Assembly: GCA_031961865.1 (NCBI GenBank)
Contig: JAVRLB010000002.1
Location: forward strand, 1 to 53,970
Length of the DNA: 53,970 nucleotides
DNA from: Thermoplasmatota archaeon
GTDB taxonomy: Archaea > Thermoplasmatota > Thermoplasmata > Thermoplasmatales > ARK-15
Direction: 5' to 3'
A program made the position numbers and the translations under genes. Positions 28,676 to 38,507 of this stretch are shown here, piece after piece (positions within the stretch are counted from its first letter, which is position 1; every line of letters starts with the position of its first letter). Below the pieces are notes generated by a model. The model was not told the DNA's origin. It saw nothing but the letters and a program-made list of their open reading frames with translations, and searched no databases.

Positions 28676-29026
28676 TTTCTGGCCATAAGCCTTGGCAAAT
28701 TCAGCCTGGATTTCTTTGTATTTATCCTCTAAGAACTTCTGCTGCTTTTCCATTGTTTTTGATTTTACTTCAAGAGTCTCCTTTTCATCCTGCAATTCTT
28801 TCAATAGTGCAGCTTTATCTTTCACTTCTATAAGTATCGCTCCCACATTTTTGTAAATCTTTGAGTCATCTTTTATCTTGCTTAATTCTTCAATTGTCTT
28901 TGCAAGCTCTTTTATTTTTAGGTCATACTGATACTTTTGCGCTAGCGTACTTTCCAATTGCTGCTGTAAATTTTGAGCCTGCTTCAATTTTTCTTGTAAG
29001 TAAGGGCTTAAATTAAGTTCTTCCAT
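28661..29026 (-). CDS. pfdB: Prefoldin beta subunit
   Basis: 121 aa. Coiled-coil / beta-hairpin / coiled-coil layout (LQQQLESTLAQKYQYDLKIKE ... GAILIEVKDKA ... LEVKSKTMEKQ). Confidence 0.8.
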   Translation of the reverse strand: MEELNLSPYLQEKLKQAQNLQQQLESTLAQKYQYDLKIKELAKTIEELSKIKDDSKIYKNVGAILIEVKDKAALLKELQDEKETLEVKSKTMEKQQKFLEDKYKEIQAEFAKAYGQKSESS

Positions 29027-29264
29027 TTCTTTTCAACTCCAGTATATTTATTGATAAATTTATCCATCTTAAATACGAGTTTATCGCTGCTCTTAGAGCA
29101 TTTAGATCTTCTGCATATATTATCAGCTTCAGCATTTTGTCTTTCACTGAAAGCTCTATTTTAGTTCTTGGGATCTCCCTTAAACTCTCCACTATCAGAG
29201 ATTGATATATAATCTCTGCGTCCGGTTCCTCAAATTCAAATTCAGCGGTTTCTGAATAACTCAT
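29013..29264 (-). CDS. KEOPS complex subunit Pcc1-like
   Basis: 83 aa. LKLIIYAEDLNALRAAINSYLRWINLSINILE resembles the Pcc1 C-terminal helix. Overlaps pfdB by 14 nt, which is a common archaeal pairing. Confidence 0.65.
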   Translation of the reverse strand: MSYSETAEFEFEEPDAEIIYQSLIVESLREIPRTKIELSVKDKMLKLIIYAEDLNALRAAINSYLRWINLSINILELKRNGRT

Positions 29265-29376
29265 ACTCTATACACCATATCTTTTAGTTGTATTTAATTA
29301 TTATCGACATTATAGCTGAAAAAGTAACAAAAAATTTTTATAGGATCCATTAATTTTGTTAAACAGGTGATGTAAA

Positions 29377-29973
29377 ATGAATAGTTTAATAGATATTGAA
29401 CAGCTCGCACCGGAGTTTGCCACAAAAGCATATTTTCCGAGCACTGATAAGATCGAAAATGTGAAGCTTTCTGATTTTCGTGGGAAGTGGGTAATATTGA
29501 CTTTTTATCCTGGCGATTTTACGTTTGTCTGCGCTACAGACATCGAGGCTTTTATGCAGATATATGATGATTTTAAAAATAACAATGCAGAAATATTCGC
29601 AGTTAGCACAGACAGCGTGTTTTCTCATAAAGGATGGGTGGGCACATCTCCAAGAGTAAAAAATAGCAAAATACCGATGCTGGAGGATTTTAACAAGAAA
29701 ATATCTACTGATTATGGATTTTTAAATGTAAGTGCAGGATCTGCAAGAAGAGGCGTTGTTATTATAGATCCTGATGGAAAAGTGCAGTATATATCGCTAT
29801 TCAATGACGGACTTGGCAAAGATGCAGTACACATTTACACTGCTTTTATGGGTCTGAAATATTTGCATGATACACCTTCTGAAGAAGGGCATATGTGCGC
29901 TATTCCTGCAAACTGGAAAATTGGAGATAAGGCATTGGATATAAATATTGTGAAAGACATTGGAAAACTGTGA
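29377..29973 (+). CDS. Peroxiredoxin (AhpC/TSA family)
   Basis: 198 aa. Peroxidatic Cys motif FYPGDFTFVCATD and C-terminal MCAIPANWKIGD. AGGTGA SD. Confidence 0.85.
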   Translation: MNSLIDIEQLAPEFATKAYFPSTDKIENVKLSDFRGKWVILTFYPGDFTFVCATDIEAFMQIYDDFKNNNAEIFAVSTDSVFSHKGWVGTSPRVKNSKIPMLEDFNKKISTDYGFLNVSAGSARRGVVIIDPDGKVQYISLFNDGLGKDAVHIYTAFMGLKYLHDTPSEEGHMCAIPANWKIGDKALDINIVKDIGKL

Positions 29974-29985
29974 ATTTACATTATT

Positions 29986-30807
29986 TCATATAATGCGTTC
30001 AATGTTTTCTCCGACTTCTAACAATCTCTCTTTCATATCTTTTAAAACATCATTTATTTTTTTTGTCGTTTCATCCAGGTTATCGCCTCGAATAGCTATT
30101 GTGATTGTTAGTTTTCTTTCATTGCCAAATATTTGAGACCTGGACTTAAAATACATATCTTTATAAGTTTCTGACAGATATTTTAATACGCTCGAGATCC
30201 TTGATTCATCCCTTTTGCTCAGCACTAACACTTTCTCTGTAAAAACCCTGGCTCCGAACTCATTAATTAATATCGGCTTCAGTATTTTTTCGAAAATAGC
30301 TTTTAACTCTGCGGGCACACCCGGCAAGGATATGATCATGGTACTGTTCAATCTTGTTAACACTGGAGGTGCTGTTCCAAGAGGGTTCTCTAACGGAACA
30401 GACTCTTTTGGCAAAGTGGCCATCTTTATTCTTGAAGCGGTCAAGGTAGCATCTTCCAAAAGTTTATTTTTTGCCATTGTTTCATATCGTTCTTTAATGA
30501 ATTTTAAAGCTTGCTCATTAACTTCCAGTGCTCTATTCAAAGTATATGCAATGCTTTTTAGTGTCAGATCATCAGGCGTAGGACCCAATCCACCTACAGT
30601 AATGATTATCTTCGAATTGTTCTCTATACTTCTGTTCAATTCCATTTTAATTGCTTCTATGCTATCTCTTACAGTTACCACACGCGTTACATAGCCCCCA
30701 AGATTGGTAATGTTCTGAATCAAATATGTGGAATTAGTATCTGCCACATCGCCATTCAGTACTTCATCGCCAGTTACTATTATTTCCACACTGTTGCGGT
30801 CTGCCAT
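29986..30807 (-). CDS. CinA N-terminal-like / COG1058 MoCF-binding-fold protein (ADP-ribose pyrophosphatase family candidate)
   Basis: 273 aa. VEIIVTGDEVLNGDVADTNS and ITVGGLGPTPDDLT motifs. Confidence 0.7.
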   Translation of the reverse strand: MADRNSVEIIVTGDEVLNGDVADTNSTYLIQNITNLGGYVTRVVTVRDSIEAIKMELNRSIENNSKIIITVGGLGPTPDDLTLKSIAYTLNRALEVNEQALKFIKERYETMAKNKLLEDATLTASRIKMATLPKESVPLENPLGTAPPVLTRLNSTMIISLPGVPAELKAIFEKILKPILINEFGARVFTEKVLVLSKRDESRISSVLKYLSETYKDMYFKSRSQIFGNERKLTITIAIRGDNLDETTKKINDVLKDMKERLLEVGENIERII

Positions 30808-30831
30808 TATCGTTTCCTTCTCTCTATTTTT

Positions 30832-31620
30832 CTAAAGATATTCTTTCATGCTATCTCTAATATAAACCTTTATCTTCTCCACTGTTTCTAAAGCTGATCC
30901 TTTTAGCTCGGGTATAGCTATGGCACTCTCGCAGGATTCACATCTGTTTAATATGTGTGCTTTTATGCTCAATCCCATGTTCTTAAGATCATCTTCTATT
31001 TCCATTGCCTGTATTCTAGAAAGTTCGTCCTGGTTCTCTATCACAAAAAAAACAGTCTCGTTTACTAATATGTCCCACACATTCTTGGCTAACAGTTGCC
31101 AGCGGTTTAGTATGGTTATTGGATCTTTACCATGCCTGTTTATCTTATTTAACATATTTTTTATGCTCACATAAAACTTGATGTCCCTGCTTATATGATC
31201 ATAAAACTCTTTTTCAGCTAATAATAAATGCATGGTGGAAGAAGCTGCTGCTGTGTCCCATACAATAGTACGATACTTTGATCTCATTACCAAGATTTCT
31301 GAAAGCATAAACTCTTCTGCTATACCGGGAGCACGGGCAATATGGTCGATTATAGATCTGTCCAGATCAAAAAAACTGGAAATAAGTTCATACACTTCAT
31401 CTCCATACTCTTCTATCCAGTTATTTGCAACTGTAGCTTCAGAGTATTCATATATGTCTACATTTTCGTGCCCGTCTTTTAAAATATGGTGCAATGAAGG
31501 CATAAAGTCAAATGTGATCAATGCAATCTTCTCTTTTCGTTGCTCTGATCTTTCAAGAGCGAATGCTGTCGAAATTGTGGACTTTCCCACACCTCCTTTG
31601 CCTAAAAATGAATAGATCAT
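30832..31620 (-). CDS. ArsA/Get3-like P-loop ATPase, short and divergent
   Basis: 262 aa. Deviant Walker A GKGGVGKST. The position of the ArsA DTAPTGH signature reads DTAAASSTMH. 4-nt overlap with the NMNAT gene. Confidence 0.6.
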   Translation of the reverse strand: MIYSFLGKGGVGKSTISTAFALERSEQRKEKIALITFDFMPSLHHILKDGHENVDIYEYSEATVANNWIEEYGDEVYELISSFFDLDRSIIDHIARAPGIAEEFMLSEILVMRSKYRTIVWDTAAASSTMHLLLAEKEFYDHISRDIKFYVSIKNMLNKINRHGKDPITILNRWQLLAKNVWDILVNETVFFVIENQDELSRIQAMEIEDDLKNMGLSIKAHILNRCESCESAIAIPELKGSALETVEKIKVYIRDSMKEYL

Positions 31621-32147
31621 ACTTCCTCACTTATCCTTCTAATTCTTTTGTCCAGACCTTTATTTATGATCATATTGTAGACTGGCTCTGGAACCATCTC
31701 TTTCCAAGGCTCATTATCTATGATTCTCGCTCTTATGAGCTTACCCTGGTATATATCCCTATTTAAAAATGGAATCTCTCTTACCGTTATTCCTGCTTCT
31801 TCCATTAAAACTTTTACAAGAACGTTATTAGAGTAGCATATATCAAAGTCTGGCAGCATCGTTTTTAGATAGTTAACCCATTGTGCATTGTTCTCAATAT
31901 TTGAGATGGGAATTAAAAGTATCCTTGATAGATCTATCTTCTCAAGTTTCAGTGCGCTCCAGATCATCTCTATTCTTTCTCCTGCAGTGAATGGATTTGA
32001 AAGCGTAAATGATTCCATCGCATTTTCTATAACTATAATTAGCTCTTTTTCCTCTTTTAAAATATAATTTATCGCTTTCAAATGTCCAAGATGAAAAGGT
32101 TGAAATCTCCCGGGATAAATTGAAGTCATTAATATCATAAATAACAT
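31617..32147 (-). CDS. nadM: Nicotinamide-nucleotide adenylyltransferase, archaeal type
   Basis: 176 aa. GRFQPFHLGH nucleotidyltransferase motif. The start may be any of the three Met in MLFMILM. Confidence 0.85.
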   Translation of the reverse strand: MLFMILMTSIYPGRFQPFHLGHLKAINYILKEEKELIIVIENAMESFTLSNPFTAGERIEMIWSALKLEKIDLSRILLIPISNIENNAQWVNYLKTMLPDFDICYSNNVLVKVLMEEAGITVREIPFLNRDIYQGKLIRARIIDNEPWKEMVPEPVYNMIINKGLDKRIRRISEEV

Positions 32148-32465
32148 TTTAGATAAAAAACTTATTCTAACTGAGCATACTATAATGATAAAGATTATGG
32201 AGCAATGTACATAAGATAAGTTCGACGATTTTTGTTAACTTTATCAAAATATTTTTGAACATTAAAAAAGCACAGATAATAGGCTGTTTATTACTGTTTT
32301 TTATCGTACATTGATAGTATGCAAAGCTCTGATATCGATGATAGCATTATCGCTATCGCATAACCCAAATTATAATTTCTCTTCGTTCTGTTGAAATCCT
32401 GCTAGTCAAGTTCGTTTAATTCTGCTGAAATTATCCAACTGTCTATTTTCTATTAATATTGATAA

Positions 32466-32488
32466 CAATTCTCATATTATGAGAATTG
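32466..32488. repeat. Perfect 10-bp inverted repeat CAATTCTCAT-ATT-ATGAGAATTG
   Basis: Read directly. Lies 38 nt downstream of the tRNA-Val 3' end, inside a 378-nt non-coding gap. Confidence 0.6.
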
Positions 32489-32525
32489 CAATAGCCACAT
32501 ACAAATTCATTTAAGATAAAAAATA

Positions 32526-32599
32526 GTGGGCTCGACCGGGTTCGAACCGGTGATCTCCGCTGTGTGAGAGCGACGTCATAACCTGCTAGACCACGAGCC
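32526..32599 (-). tRNA. tRNA-Val (anticodon CAC), no encoded CCA, no intron
   Basis: Hand-folded: GGGCTCG / D arm / TCGCT-CTCACAC-AGCGG / AGATC / ACCGG-TTCGAAC-CCGGT / CGAGCCC-A. 74 nt. Confidence 0.9.
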
Positions 32600-32767
32600 C
32601 TAGATAAGAAGTATGTTCAACAATATTAAAATATTTTCGGTGTTGAATGTGTCAAATGTTCGTTGATAAAAAATATCGCGTATTTGCATTTTTCAGAACA
32701 TGTGATAAATATTAATACTATGTATCTATTATGAACATGTTTAAAAGATCATTATTTGATCCAAGAG

Positions 32768-34066
32768 ATGAGTAAGTTGAGAGATTTTAAGATTATTCAT
32801 GACTCTGTTCACGGTTCCATAAAATTAGAAGAGCCACTGATATCTTTGCTAGAAACTCCAGAACTGCAGAGAATGAGCAATATCCGGCAGCTGGGACTTA
32901 CTTACTTGATTTTTCCGGGCGCAAATCATACACGTTTAGAACATTCATTAGGGACCTCGTATCTTGCAGAGCTGGTATCAAGATCCTTAAACCTTAACAG
33001 TTACGAAACATTGTTATTGCGATCTGCAGGTTTATTACATGATATTGGGCATTCTCCGTATTCTCATACACTAGAAAGATTTCTGAATGAGAAAACTGGA
33101 AAAAATCATATGCAGATCACAAAAGATATCATTGAAGGATCTTTAAAAATTATAGATGAGAGATCGGGATTAACAATAAGAGAAATATTAGAGCAATACA
33201 GCATTGATGTGGAAAAACTATGTTCAATAATAACCGGTAATTTAGAAAACCGGGACAGTTTAGATTTACATATTAATGATAATGGTCAAGGATTTTTTTC
33301 AGCACCAGATAGATACATGACCGAGATAATAAACGGTAGCATGGATGTGGATCAGCTGGATTACCTGGTGCGTGATTCGCATTATACTGGTGTAGCATAT
33401 GGAGTTATAGATATCCCGAGAATTATCAATACGATCAGGATATTCAATGGCTCAATATCCATTGATAAAAAAGGTGTGTCAGCAATTGAGGGGATACTGG
33501 TAGCAAGAGCACTGATGTACTCATCCGTGTATTTTCATAAAACTGCCAGAATTGCAGAGCTTATGCTAACGCGGGGAGTTGAAGAGCTAAAGTTTAGAAA
33601 TTGGAACGATATATACAGATTAGGAGACTCAGAGCTTATCTCACTTTTGATCAATTCTGAAGGGTACTCTAAAGATATAGGATTGAGGCTGAAATATCGC
33701 AGATTGTACAAAAGAGCTTATGTAAAATATTTTGAAGAACTGGATGAATACGGAACTGAGAAGCTCATAGAGTATTCAGACCCAAAAAAGATCAGAAAGC
33801 TGGAGAGAGAAATTGAGGAAGAATTAAGTTTAGATAATGGAAAAGTGCTTATAGACCTGCCGGAAAAAGAGGTTATTTTGAATGAACCAAGGTTTAACAG
33901 AGCAGACATAAAGATATACGATGAAAATAAGGTACAGACTCTTTACTCAATATCCTCTCTTGCAAAATCCATCACAAACAGAAGAGCTTTTGACTGGGTA
34001 TTTATGGTTATAACGCCCGAAGAATACACGGAAAAAGTATACAAAAAAGTAAAAAATATTATATAA
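32768..34066 (+). CDS. HD-domain phosphohydrolase (COG1078 / SAMHD1-like family)
   Basis: HTRLEHSLGT and LLHDIGHSPYSH metal-binding motifs. The ORF-track start at 32756 is TTG. The ATG at 32768 (MSKLRDF) is more likely. Confidence 0.8.
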   Translation: MSKLRDFKIIHDSVHGSIKLEEPLISLLETPELQRMSNIRQLGLTYLIFPGANHTRLEHSLGTSYLAELVSRSLNLNSYETLLLRSAGLLHDIGHSPYSHTLERFLNEKTGKNHMQITKDIIEGSLKIIDERSGLTIREILEQYSIDVEKLCSIITGNLENRDSLDLHINDNGQGFFSAPDRYMTEIINGSMDVDQLDYLVRDSHYTGVAYGVIDIPRIINTIRIFNGSISIDKKGVSAIEGILVARALMYSSVYFHKTARIAELMLTRGVEELKFRNWNDIYRLGDSELISLLINSEGYSKDIGLRLKYRRLYKRAYVKYFEELDEYGTEKLIEYSDPKKIRKLEREIEEELSLDNGKVLIDLPEKEVILNEPRFNRADIKIYDENKVQTLYSISSLAKSITNRRAFDWVFMVITPEEYTEKVYKKVKNII

Positions 34067-34072
34067 ATATTT

Positions 34073-35695
34073 TTAGTCTTCTGACTCAGGTCTATTTTTA
34101 GGTGCTGGTGGTGCTCCAGATCCGCCTTTAGATGCTACAACATCATCGATTCTGAGAATCATTATTGCTGCATCTGTTGCAGAATTGATTGCCTGTTTAC
34201 CAACGCGTATAGGCTCTATGACACCAAGAGCTTTCATATCATCGATTTTGCCAGTAAATACGTTTATGCCTGAATTAACATTTCCTTCTTTGTGAGACTT
34301 TCTGAGATCTATCAACATATCAATCGGGTCCAATCCTGCATTTTCAGCAAGTGTTCTTGGCACGATCTCCATTGCATCTGCAAATTTCTCAATTGCAAGC
34401 TGTTCTCTACCGCCGATTGTAGCTGCATATTCTCTAAGCTTCAGAGCAATTTCAGTAGCTGCAGAGCCTGCACCAGTTACAATCTTACCGTCTTCTACAG
34501 TTTTAGCTACCACATGCAGTGAATCTTGCATAGATCTCTCAATCTCATCAACCACATGTTCAGTACCGCCTCTGATCAGTATAGATACTGCCTTCGGATT
34601 TTTGCAACCTGTAACGAAGGTCATATGATCTTCTCCGATCTTGCGCTCTTCAACCTGAGCGGCATGCCCGAGATCTTCAGCTGAAAGATCATCTAGGTTC
34701 GTAATAATTTTTGCATCTGTAGCTTTAGCCAGCTTTTCAATATCGCTCTTTTTTACTCTTCTAGCAGCATATATACCTTTTTTAGCTAGGAAGTGCTGAG
34801 CCATGTCATCTATGCCTTTCTGAGATAATACTACATTTGCGCCAGTAGCCAGTATCTTATCAACCATATCTTTAAGCATTCTCTCTTCTTCATCTAGGAA
34901 ATTATGGATCATTGAAGGATCTTTAATCTGGATATTTGTATCTATTTCTGGTTTTTTGATCTCTAACGCTACATTCAGCAATGCTATTTTAGCATTTTTA
35001 AGAGTAGCAGGCATTTCTGGGTGCGCTTTTTCCTTATCCACGATAATTCCGTCTATAAGCTGTGTATCATCAATAGATCCACCCTGCTTCTTTATTACCT
35101 GAATATTGTCTAGATCCGCGTAAACTTTTCCATTCACTTTTTCTATTATTTTAGAAACTGCATCTACCGAGATGCTTGCAAGCAGGTCTTTGGACATACT
35201 TGCACCTTTGCTTCCAAGCGCTGTTTTGCCGATCTTTAATAATACATCTCTGTCATCAATAGAGATCTTTTCGGATATGCTCTCCAATATCTCTTTCGCT
35301 TTTTCAGATGCTAGCCTGTAACCGCTGGTTATGACCGTGGGGTGTACATTCTGCTCCAGCAAACTCTCAGCCTGTTTTAATAATTCACCTGTTAAAATTA
35401 CAGCTGTTGTAGTTCCATCTCCAGCTTCTTGATCTTGTGTTTTAGAAACTTCTACCATCATCTTTGCAGCTGGGTGGTCAACATCAATTTCTTTCATTAC
35501 TGTTACACCATCATTAGTAATAACTACATCTCCAAGCCCATCAACTAACATTTTATCCATGCCGCGAGGCCCTAATGTAGACCTTACTGCTTCTGCTATA
35601 GCTTTGGCTGCAGCAATATTGTTTTTCATTGCATCTTTACCTGTTTCTCTCTTTGTACCTTCTTTAAGTATAAATATAGGTTGTCCTGATATCAT
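34073..35695 (-). CDS. ths: Thermosome subunit (group II chaperonin)
   Basis: [30 protein letters not shown] and [10 protein letters not shown] motifs. The ORF-track start at 35707 is a GTG inside the GGTGA SD. The ATG at 35695 gives MISGQPIF. Confidence 0.93.
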   Translation of the reverse strand: MISGQPIFILKEGTKRETGKDAMKNNIAAAKAIAEAVRSTLGPRGMDKMLVDGLGDVVITNDGVTVMKEIDVDHPAAKMMVEVSKTQDQEAGDGTTTAVILTGELLKQAESLLEQNVHPTVITSGYRLASEKAKEILESISEKISIDDRDVLLKIGKTALGSKGASMSKDLLASISVDAVSKIIEKVNGKVYADLDNIQVIKKQGGSIDDTQLIDGIIVDKEKAHPEMPATLKNAKIALLNVALEIKKPEIDTNIQIKDPSMIHNFLDEEERMLKDMVDKILATGANVVLSQKGIDDMAQHFLAKKGIYAARRVKKSDIEKLAKATDAKIITNLDDLSAEDLGHAAQVEERKIGEDHMTFVTGCKNPKAVSILIRGGTEHVVDEIERSMQDSLHVVAKTVEDGKIVTGAGSAATEIALKLREYAATIGGREQLAIEKFADAMEIVPRTLAENAGLDPIDMLIDLRKSHKEGNVNSGINVFTGKIDDMKALGVIEPIRVGKQAINSATDAAIMILRIDDVVASKGGSGAPPAPKNRPESED

Positions 35696-35740
35696 ATTAC
35701 CATTCACCTCGATTGTTGTTAACTGTAAAATACTTCTTCT

Positions 35741-35748
35741 ATATAAAT
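35741..35748 (-). promoter_or_regulatory. TATA-like box (TTTATAT on minus) upstream of the thermosome gene
   Basis: About 49 nt upstream of the ATG. This would give a short leader carrying the GGTGA SD. Not verified. Confidence 0.35.
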
Positions 35749-35859
35749 TTATTCATGGCATAAAACACGTTAAGCAATATTAAGAAAAATGACAGGTAGT
35801 ATCAAAAACTAAATACCTTATGAAAAGGTTTTTTAAATGGATATATATTATAAAAAATC

Positions 35860-36489
35860 ATGATCTCAGATAATATAGAATCATCAAAAGAGATTGAAAT
35901 TCATTACTTAAAAAATGGATTAGCAAAAAGTAAGATTTTATTATTGCATGGATACAGTTTTAACGCCAATACATGGAAAGATCTTAAAACCTTGGATATA
36001 TTGGAAGAAGAAGGGTTTGGAGCTATTGCATTAGATTTTCCAGGATTCGGAAAATCAGGACGGCTGAAAGGTCTGGACTACTCTGCGTATCCTCTTAAAT
36101 CAGATAAAGATATCAAAACCAGCATTGAGTTTTTAGAAGGGTTCATAGAGACGCATTTTAATAGTGTTTCGATTGTTGGCCCTTCAATGGGTGCCCACTT
36201 AGCAATAAACTATCTGATCAATCATCCATCAAATGTCGATAAAGTGATATTGATTGGCCCTGTTGGATTTAAGCAGAAAAATACTATTGAAAGCCTAAAA
36301 ACCATAAAAAATCAGGTTTTGATAATGAGGGGAGAAAAGGACAATATAGCTTCAGAACAGGATGTAATAGATTTAAAAAACATGATCAAAAACTCTGTGA
36401 TGATCCAGTATCCTAATGCCGGGCATCCTTGTTATTTAGATGTTCCAGACCTATTTCACAGAGATCTGCTCCAATTCTTGAGAAAATGA
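35860..36489 (+). CDS. Alpha/beta-fold hydrolase
   Basis: 209 aa. LLLHGYSFN oxyanion region, nucleophile elbow GPSMGA and C-terminal NAGHPCY (His). Confidence 0.75.
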   Translation: MISDNIESSKEIEIHYLKNGLAKSKILLLHGYSFNANTWKDLKTLDILEEEGFGAIALDFPGFGKSGRLKGLDYSAYPLKSDKDIKTSIEFLEGFIETHFNSVSIVGPSMGAHLAINYLINHPSNVDKVILIGPVGFKQKNTIESLKTIKNQVLIMRGEKDNIASEQDVIDLKNMIKNSVMIQYPNAGHPCYLDVPDLFHRDLLQFLRK

Positions 36490-37376
36490 AAACAATGTTG
36501 GTATTAGGTGTAGATAGCTTGGTAGGACAAGCTTTTATTAGGAATAATAATGATTTTAAAATATTTGGTACATATCATTACTCTCCTGTCAAAGTTCCAA
36601 ACATTGAAACCTTCACATTAGATCTGAAATTTTCAAACAAGATCATCAGCATTATCGACGAAGTTAGGCCAGATATAATAATTAATGCGGCGGGAAAAAC
36701 CAACATTGACTATTGTGAAACAAATCCTATAGATGCATATTTAATAAATGAGCTTGCAACTAAAAACATTGCCTTAGCTGCTAAAAAAAATGGATCGTTT
36801 CTAATTCAAATATCTTCTGATCTGGTGTTTGATGGATTTGTTAGAAAATACTATGGAGAAGAGGATGAGCCACATCCAATATCTGTGCTCGGTAAAACAA
36901 AATTGAATGCAGAAGATATAATAAGAAGCAGCCTTAATGACTACTTGATCATCAGGACCGGCCCAATATTTGGCTGGAACTGCATTACTAAAAAGAGAAA
37001 CTATGTTACCTGGATATTGGAGAACCTGAGAGCCGGTAAAGAAATAAGCCTGGTTACAGATCAATACTCAAACTACACTTCAAATGATTTTCTGCGCAAT
37101 TCTACCTTAAAACTTTACAAAAGCGATCACATTGGCATCTTTAACATAGCCTCAAAAGATTGTATATCTCAATATGAGCTTGGAATTAAAATTGCAGAGG
37201 TATTTGATCTGAATGAACAGTTAATAAAAAAGACCACTTCTAAAAAAGTTAGAGTGATCGGACATATTCCGAAATATGCCTGCCTAGATACCTCAAAACT
37301 AAAAAATGCAATAGATTCAGAGATCCCAGATACTAAATCAATGCTTATAATGATAAAAGACCAAGATTGCAAATAA
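36486..37376 (+). CDS. RmlD-like (dTDP-4-dehydrorhamnose reductase fold) SDR with degenerate cofactor and catalytic motifs
   Basis: Colinear with RmlD (RPDIIINAAG, SSDLVFDG, LGKTKLNAE). The ORF-track TTG start at 36429 is rejected. The ATG at 36486 overlaps the hydrolase stop (ATGA). Confidence 0.7.
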   Translation: MKTMLVLGVDSLVGQAFIRNNNDFKIFGTYHYSPVKVPNIETFTLDLKFSNKIISIIDEVRPDIIINAAGKTNIDYCETNPIDAYLINELATKNIALAAKKNGSFLIQISSDLVFDGFVRKYYGEEDEPHPISVLGKTKLNAEDIIRSSLNDYLIIRTGPIFGWNCITKKRNYVTWILENLRAGKEISLVTDQYSNYTSNDFLRNSTLKLYKSDHIGIFNIASKDCISQYELGIKIAEVFDLNEQLIKKTTSKKVRVIGHIPKYACLDTSKLKNAIDSEIPDTKSMLIMIKDQDCK

Positions 37377-37501
37377 TTATAATCTATTCTTTAACGTATA
37401 TATTTCAACCTTCGCAAATACATAACTTGCTATGAAATTTAAAAAACAAAATTAAAAAAATACAAAAATTTTTATTGTAATATATTATATCCTCCTTACT
37501 A

Positions 37502-37879
37502 ATGCAAACTGTTAATGTGATAAGTAGGGATATTCTGATTAAGGTACTGAAAAAATTGTTGACAGATAAAGATATAGAGCCACAGTATATAGAAGAACTT
37601 GCAGATTATGTCCTTACATTTTTTGGGTTTGGAGATTCTATTATAGATAATATATTAACACCTCCAGACCGCGATATATTTTATATGCTGGAAGAACTGG
37701 GAATATTGAGAACAGATATGGAAGAGATAATACTGGTAAAAGGCAAAAACTGGAGAATTCATTATTGGGAATACAGAAAAGATAGAATTTTAGAGTATCT
37801 TACACCAGCAAAGAAAAAAGCAAACCCATCTTTATCAGAACTTTACGATAAGTTTTTTGCAACTCATGAAGATATGTAA
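37502..37879 (+). CDS. Hypothetical soluble protein, 125 aa
   Basis: Clean ORF with ATG start but no SD (CCTCC lies upstream). No motif recognised. Confidence 0.5.
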   Translation: MQTVNVISRDILIKVLKKLLTDKDIEPQYIEELADYVLTFFGFGDSIIDNILTPPDRDIFYMLEELGILRTDMEEIILVKGKNWRIHYWEYRKDRILEYLTPAKKKANPSLSELYDKFFATHEDM

Positions 37880-37924
37880 TTTAATTTCATAATTATTTTT
37901 TAAACGTAATTATTAACGTTCCAT

Positions 37925-37967
37925 GATGATCTGATCATCTTTTGAATAATGTAACATAGATGTTACA
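37925..37967. repeat. Two short palindromes: GATGATC-T-GATCATC (37925-37939) and TGTAACAT-AG-ATGTTACA (37950-37967)
   Basis: Read directly. Located 46-88 nt downstream of the 37502 ORF and upstream of the 38091 ORF. Confidence 0.5.
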
Positions 37968-38090
37968 AATAATAGATTGAACAAAAAGATTTTGTTTATC
38001 CGATGTTGCCTGAAAAGTAAAAAAATCGTGACCGTCATTAAAGATCAGCATATTTAAATACAACTCATAACATTAACTATCTGGTGATAA

Positions 38091-38507
38091 ATGATGATGC
38101 CATCTCAAGAAGTACAATATGTACCTCCAGATATCTCAACCATAAAAACAATGAACAAAATAGCAAAGATTCTTGCTCTAATATTAGGTATTATATTCAT
38201 AATAGCTGGTATAGCCACAATAATTTTTGTTGTGGGAATAGTACCACTTATTTTTGGAATTGTAAACCTGATAATATATTCAAAGATCAAAACGATAGAC
38301 TTACTTGTGGATCAACAGAGATACATAGATGCAAAAAATAAAACATTAGTATGGATGATCATTGGATTCATTTTTGCAGGGATAATAGTTGGGATCATTC
38401 TGCTCATATCATACTTGAAATATGATGATGTGATAAGAGCAGTGCAGCAAAATTATGCGCAGCAGAACAATCAATTTATGCCACCACAGCAACCTCCTAG
38501 TTCTTAA
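38091..38507 (+). CDS. Hypothetical membrane protein with Gln/Pro-rich C-terminus
   Basis: 138 aa. Three hydrophobic helices. Tail AQQNNQFMPPQQPPSS. Confidence 0.5.
   Translation: MMMPSQEVQYVPPDISTIKTMNKIAKILALILGIIFIIAGIATIIFVVGIVPLIFGIVNLIIYSKIKTIDLLVDQQRYIDAKNKTLVWMIIGFIFAGIIVGIILLISYLKYDDVIRAVQQNYAQQNNQFMPPQQPPSS

Noticed and set aside
37923-37934. ATGATGA followed one nucleotide later by CTGA
   Set aside because: The boxes are adjacent, leaving no guide. The next CTGA is about 80 nt away and there is no closing stem. The motif is better explained as part of the GATGATC-T-GATCATC palindrome.
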